Source of the DNA: Amoebophrya sp. A120
Lineage: Eukaryota > Protista > Dinoflagellata
Direction of reading: 5' to 3'
NCBI GenBank assembly: GCA_905178155.1
Contig: CAJINV010000005.1
Span: forward strand, 6,187,207 to 6,251,206
DNA length: 64,000 nucleotides
Made by a program: the position numbers and the translations under genes. Positions 59,690 through 64,000 of the stretch are shown here, piece by piece. The notes under the pieces are model-generated. The model made no database searches and was not told where the DNA came from. It saw only the letters and a program-made list of their open reading frames with translations. How positions within the stretch are numbered: position 1 is the stretch's first letter; each line of letters starts with the position of its first letter.

Positions 59690-62600
59690 ATCCTATGTTC
59701 AGCAAGTGCTTCTCCTCCTGTTGCGCTATCGCACGGAAAAGTCGCGCCACCACGCTTCCTGCCTTAGCAGCTGGCTTGTTCGGACGGGTACACAAATTCA
59801 TGCACGTTTCGTTCTGACCCTCTTCCTCGTCCTTTAATGTCTCTTTCTGCACAACTAGTACATGACAAAAACATACAAAACCATAACCAATACAGGTTGT
59901 GTTGTCGTCCTCGTCAGCATGACAAAACGACTATTTCTTTATATGTGATAGGCAACACGCAGTACCCCACTGACAGATACCAGTTGCTGCAGTTCGCCCC
60001 CTATCCTGTGCAAAAGTATCGCACTCGTATAAATGCAAGTCCTGCATTACAAACTTTTTTCTTAAGGTAAGTCAGCATATACAGATTTTATTTCTCATGC
60101 TGAGGAAATTTGTAATGCATTTATACGAGTGCGATACTTTTGCAGTTCATACCCCCAGCCGCACAAACTTCGCGTCGTGTATCGAATTGAAAACTGTTGT
60201 TCCCAGCACCCTATAATCGCTGTGAACGCCAATTCATTGTGGTCACATGTATCTTTACACTTTCATGCTAGGAGCGAAGATGAAGATGAAAGTTAAATAA
60301 AAGAAGTGAACTTGCAGCTCTTACACTGCGCGGAGTAGCATCAGTGTGGAAAAAACACAGTTTAGTCTACTACTCGTCTTCTTGTTCTTCGCATCCAAGA
60401 CAAAAACTGCATCAAGAAAAGTACGTATGACTTCTTTATCTTTTGCAAAGATTCGTGCTGCAGAGCACTTTTGGAGATGGGAAACATTTTTGTTCATCCT
60501 TTCCATACCGCACAGTTCGTCCTTGGTCACCAGGTCAGCTTCGGTCGTTTTTGTGCAAGGCAAAATGAGACTTTTAACCACAGTACGTACATGTCCACAT
60601 GTTCCACCTCTTCCTGAGATACTAATGCGTCAAATACGGAAAGACAAAGAGATGAACGCGAGGAGTAGTACTTACAAAGAAATCCAACTTACGAATTAAA
60701 CAGCACAGTTTATAGCCCCCTTTTTCCTGGGTTGGGAGAGCCTGGGAGAGGAAAATCAGCAACGCCAACACGTCACAAAAAAAAAAAAACTCGCTGGATT
60801 ATCTAATCCCCCGCGTATGGTGTTGATTATTATACTTTAATAGGGAGAGCCATAGAACCAAAAAAAATTTCGCGCGCGCGCTGCGCGCGCGCATTCACTC
60901 ACCCCATACGCAGCCAATGGCGTTGCATCGATTCGAAGGCAAACGAGCACCGCGCGCCCGCTCATCGAAGGACATTTGAAGTGGCCACTTCAACTTCCCC
61001 CCATCGAAGGAAATTTGAAATGGCCATTTCAACTTTCCCTCATCGAAGGAAAATCGAAGTGCCCACTTCAACGCTCCCTCATCAAAGGAAGCTCGCAGTT
61101 GCCATTTCAACTTTCCCTCATCGAAGCAAGGAAATTTGGGATGGCCGCTTCAACTTTCCCTCTTCGAAGGAAATTTGAAGTGGCCACTTCGCCTTTCCCT
61201 CATCGAAGGAAAATCGACGTTACCGCTTCAACCTTCCCTCATCGAAGGAAATTTGAAATGGCCCCGTCAACTTTCCCTCATCGAAGGAAATTCGAAGTGG
61301 CCACTTCAACTTTCCATCATCGAAGGAAAATTGAAGTGACCACTTCAACCTTCCCTCATCGAAGGAAATTTGAATTGGCCACTTCAGCTTTCCCTCATCG
61401 AAGGAAAATCGAAGTGCCCGCTTCAACTTTCCCTGATGGATAACGACAGCAGCGCCCCAGGGGCCGCCCGCGTGGAGGACACGCATGCAGGAATTTTTCG
61501 CCCCCTAGATGCCACCTGTCGGCGGCATCCGCCATCCCAAAAACTGCGCCGAGTAGTCACAAATAGAAATACGCCACAGGGGCGCCGTCCAAACCGCTTA
61601 CATATATATAAAAAGAACTGCAGTAGAATAGACATCATACCATCGAGCCTGAAGCAAATTTACAAAACGAGTCGCGCTGTTCCTTCTAATTTGCGGAAGC
61701 TCTCCCAGCCTCTCCCAGCCTCTCCCGGGCTCTCCCAGCTTATAAACTTAACTGTTATAGAACCGATAGGATGAAAAAATCGAGATTTGTTGCAATGCCC
61801 ACCATGCAAATCCAAATGCCATGACCATGTGGAGAGACATATTATCTGCGTGCAGTACTGTATTACGGAAAATCTGAATTCCAATTCTTTTTGCATTCGA
61901 TATGAGCTGCAAAGATGGACGCCGAGGAGCCCCCTCCTGGCAGATTCGTGTAATATAGCGAGGAAAATGAGTGACTAGTGTGGGGACTACGTGCTACTAG
62001 ACCTAAAATCTGTCATCCGGTTTTGCTAGTATGTGTCTTTTCATCGTCGTTTATGCAGAAAGCAGACCGAAACGCACTCAACTTCATGCGGAGGTGTAAC
62101 GTGCTCTATTTTGGCGATCATGGTACTTACTCCTGCTGCATCAAGAGAAGGGACAAAAAAAGCTGTATAAGCATGCGAAAAACCCGCATGACATTTTTGA
62201 CAAATTGTATTTATTTTCCCAAAAGCTGCCAGCAGTGTGGGAGCGGCACACTCACTTCCCCTCCATACTGCGCTGTCCGTTGGCTCTTCGCCCACTGTTC
62301 CGAGCATGGAAGACGCGGTCTGATCGCCGTTGCTTGTGGTGCCTTCATATCCTGTGCAAAAGTATCGCACTCGTACTAATTGCGTTCATGCAGTCTTTAT
62401 TTCAAGGCAAATCCGCATTACGAATTTAATTTGTAGTGCTAAAGTCAGTTTGTAATGCATTTATATATACGAGTGCGATGCTTTTGCACTGCATACTTCA
62501 GTTGCTCCTGCCCCCGCACTAGGGGCGCCGACAGCGGAGAGGAAGCTGGGCTTCGAAGGTAAGCGCAACGGCCCCAAGTCCGCTGCGGACCCGAGTCCAG

Positions 62601-64000
62601 AGGAAGAATCGCGCTGTCGCCCCTGGTATCCAAAAAAAGAACTGTGCATAGAGTAACTTTGTAAAGGAAGATGAACAGCATCACACATTCGTTTTGCATT
62701 ATTAAACCTGTCATGCGCAGCTACTACGTGGAAACATCACGTATGAAAGTAGCCTACTTATCACGCAGATCCAGCATGACAAGTGTATATAGTTTTGCAC
62801 CTTCTGCATCACAGAGTTACACATACACTCACATAGTTTTTTTCTTGCATACCTGGTACATCAACAACGGGAGTTCAGAAATTTTCACCTCTTCGACCTG
62901 CTCTACCGCGCCGAACTTGTTGGAAGTGGAAGATTGATGTGGCCGCTGCTGTTGTTTTAGTATCCCGTCCGGGTTTATCTCTTCTGCTGGGTCTTCCACA
63001 GTGCTTTGCAGTTTTTTCCGCAATGATCCCGCAGGCTTGGCGTCCATCGCCTTGATCAGCTATGCAATACCAATTTGCCGCACATATACAAGATGCATCA
63101 CAAATTTCCGCAATTTGGAGTGTTAGAATTGTCATGCTGAACTAACATTGGAGCCAAGTTTTGTCATGCAGCGACCGCATTTGTACGTGTACGGGAACTT
63201 TACTGTGGATATCAGCGGTAAAAGAATCACTTCTGTGTGGACGGAGGATTTCATTTCCAACGTGATGTTCATTTTCAGAAGTATCAACTGCAAAAATGTC
63301 TGGGTCTCCTGGAACTTTGCTCGACTTGTCATGCAGGTTTTCCATGACCCATATGATCTGTAATGGAGGACCTAGCATGACAGATTCCGCGAGATCACTA
63401 TCATGCCTATCCTGCATGAGAAACTGCCTCTCAACTTGATCAAAAGTGGACAGCATTTGGTAATCATGCAACACAGATTTTCATTTTTGCCGCGTGATTC
63501 AGATTTAGCATCACAAGTTCCAACCTTCCAGACCCAGACATTTTTGCATTTGATAAGAAGACCGTATTTACCAAACTCCGCTTTAACCTGCATCGCTTCC
63601 GGACTATCGAATGCAAATATGTCTGGGTCTGGAAACTTGTGATGCTAAAATGTGACTGGTGGGCGGACTGCAATACGCAGCCAAGCATGACAAATTTTTC
63701 AACTACTACTGTGTTTCGTTTTCCGCATGGCAGACTGCGTTTTTGCATGACAGGCAAGAGGCCATTTTCCTGCTCATGCATCACAGATTTATGAGTCATG
63801 CCAGACAAGCATGACAAAGTTGCATTCTTCCAGACCCAGATATATTTGCATTTGATACGGCCGGCTGTAAATCAATTCCAGTATGACCTCGTCCTTTGGC
63901 TTTTCGAAGCCGAGTTTCTCGTAGAAAAACAGTGCTGAAGCGAGCAAATCCGGCGTCAAATCTTTCTTCGTCGCCACCGTCGACCCTGCAGCAGCGGTGT
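59690..64000 (-). CDS. Uncharacterised multi-exon gene entering from the right edge; both ends approximate
   Basis: In-frame joins ELIYSR-PEAMQVKAEFGKYGL-LKMNITLE...LPL-IKAMDAK and GATE-GTTS across introners; candidate canonical CAG|GTATG donor at ~62852. Confidence 0.6.
60002..60151. mobile_element. Introner, TIR type A
   Basis: DR ccccc/ccccc. Confidence 0.9.
60961..61435. repeat. Minisatellite, ~39-41 bp unit, about 12 copies
   Basis: Unit catcgaaggaaatttgaagtggccacttcaactttccct with internal palindrome ttgaagtggccacttcaa. Confidence 0.95.
62348..62495. mobile_element. Introner, TIR type A
   Basis: DR cttca/cttca. Confidence 0.9.
63061..63211. mobile_element. Degenerate introner
   Basis: TAT..ATA; DR tcagc/tcagc; frame restored. 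Confidence 0.8.
63282..63555. mobile_element. Introner, TIR type B
   Basis: DR agaag/agaag. Confidence 0.92.
63605..63857. mobile_element. Introner, TIR type B
   Basis: DR cggac/cggcc. Confidence 0.9.

Noticed and set aside
60961-61435. CRISPR-like palindromic repeats
   Set aside because: Units are contiguous with no unique spacers; no cas genes; eukaryotic context.

Overview
Eukaryotic, intron-dense genomic DNA; the architecture strongly resembles the parasitic syndinian dinoflagellate Amoebophrya (inference, not verified by search). The dominant feature is about 70 short (mostly 105-370 bp) elements from at least 13 terminal-inverted-repeat (TIR) types. They begin TAT, end ATA and are flanked by 5-bp direct repeats. 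They sit inside protein-coding sequence and lack GT-AG ends. Removing each element plus one direct-repeat copy restored the reading frame at the junctions I hand-translated, except three unresolved ones near 6150-6710, so they behave as non-canonical transposon-derived introns (introners). About 55 interrupt one giant minus-strand gene (stop ~5040, traced to ~29770, probably extending to ~32460 or beyond) for a Cys-rich repeat protein of about 2,900 aa or more with a C-terminal PAN/apple-like domain. Others interrupt a tandem pair of paralogous secreted-type genes (57135-53419 and 48409-46526) and an uncharacterised gene at the right edge. Also present: a degenerate APE-endonuclease/RT non-LTR retrotransposon (1-3547), a 5'-truncated RTE-like LINE with a 14-bp TSD (36402-37558), a TAA-TSD Harbinger-like MITE nested in an introner, a 2.7-kb TA-flanked TIR element with a G-rich tandem array, and a ~41-bp palindromic minisatellite. 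No rRNA, tRNA or CRISPR was seen. Coordinates were counted by hand and may be off by 1-2 bp.
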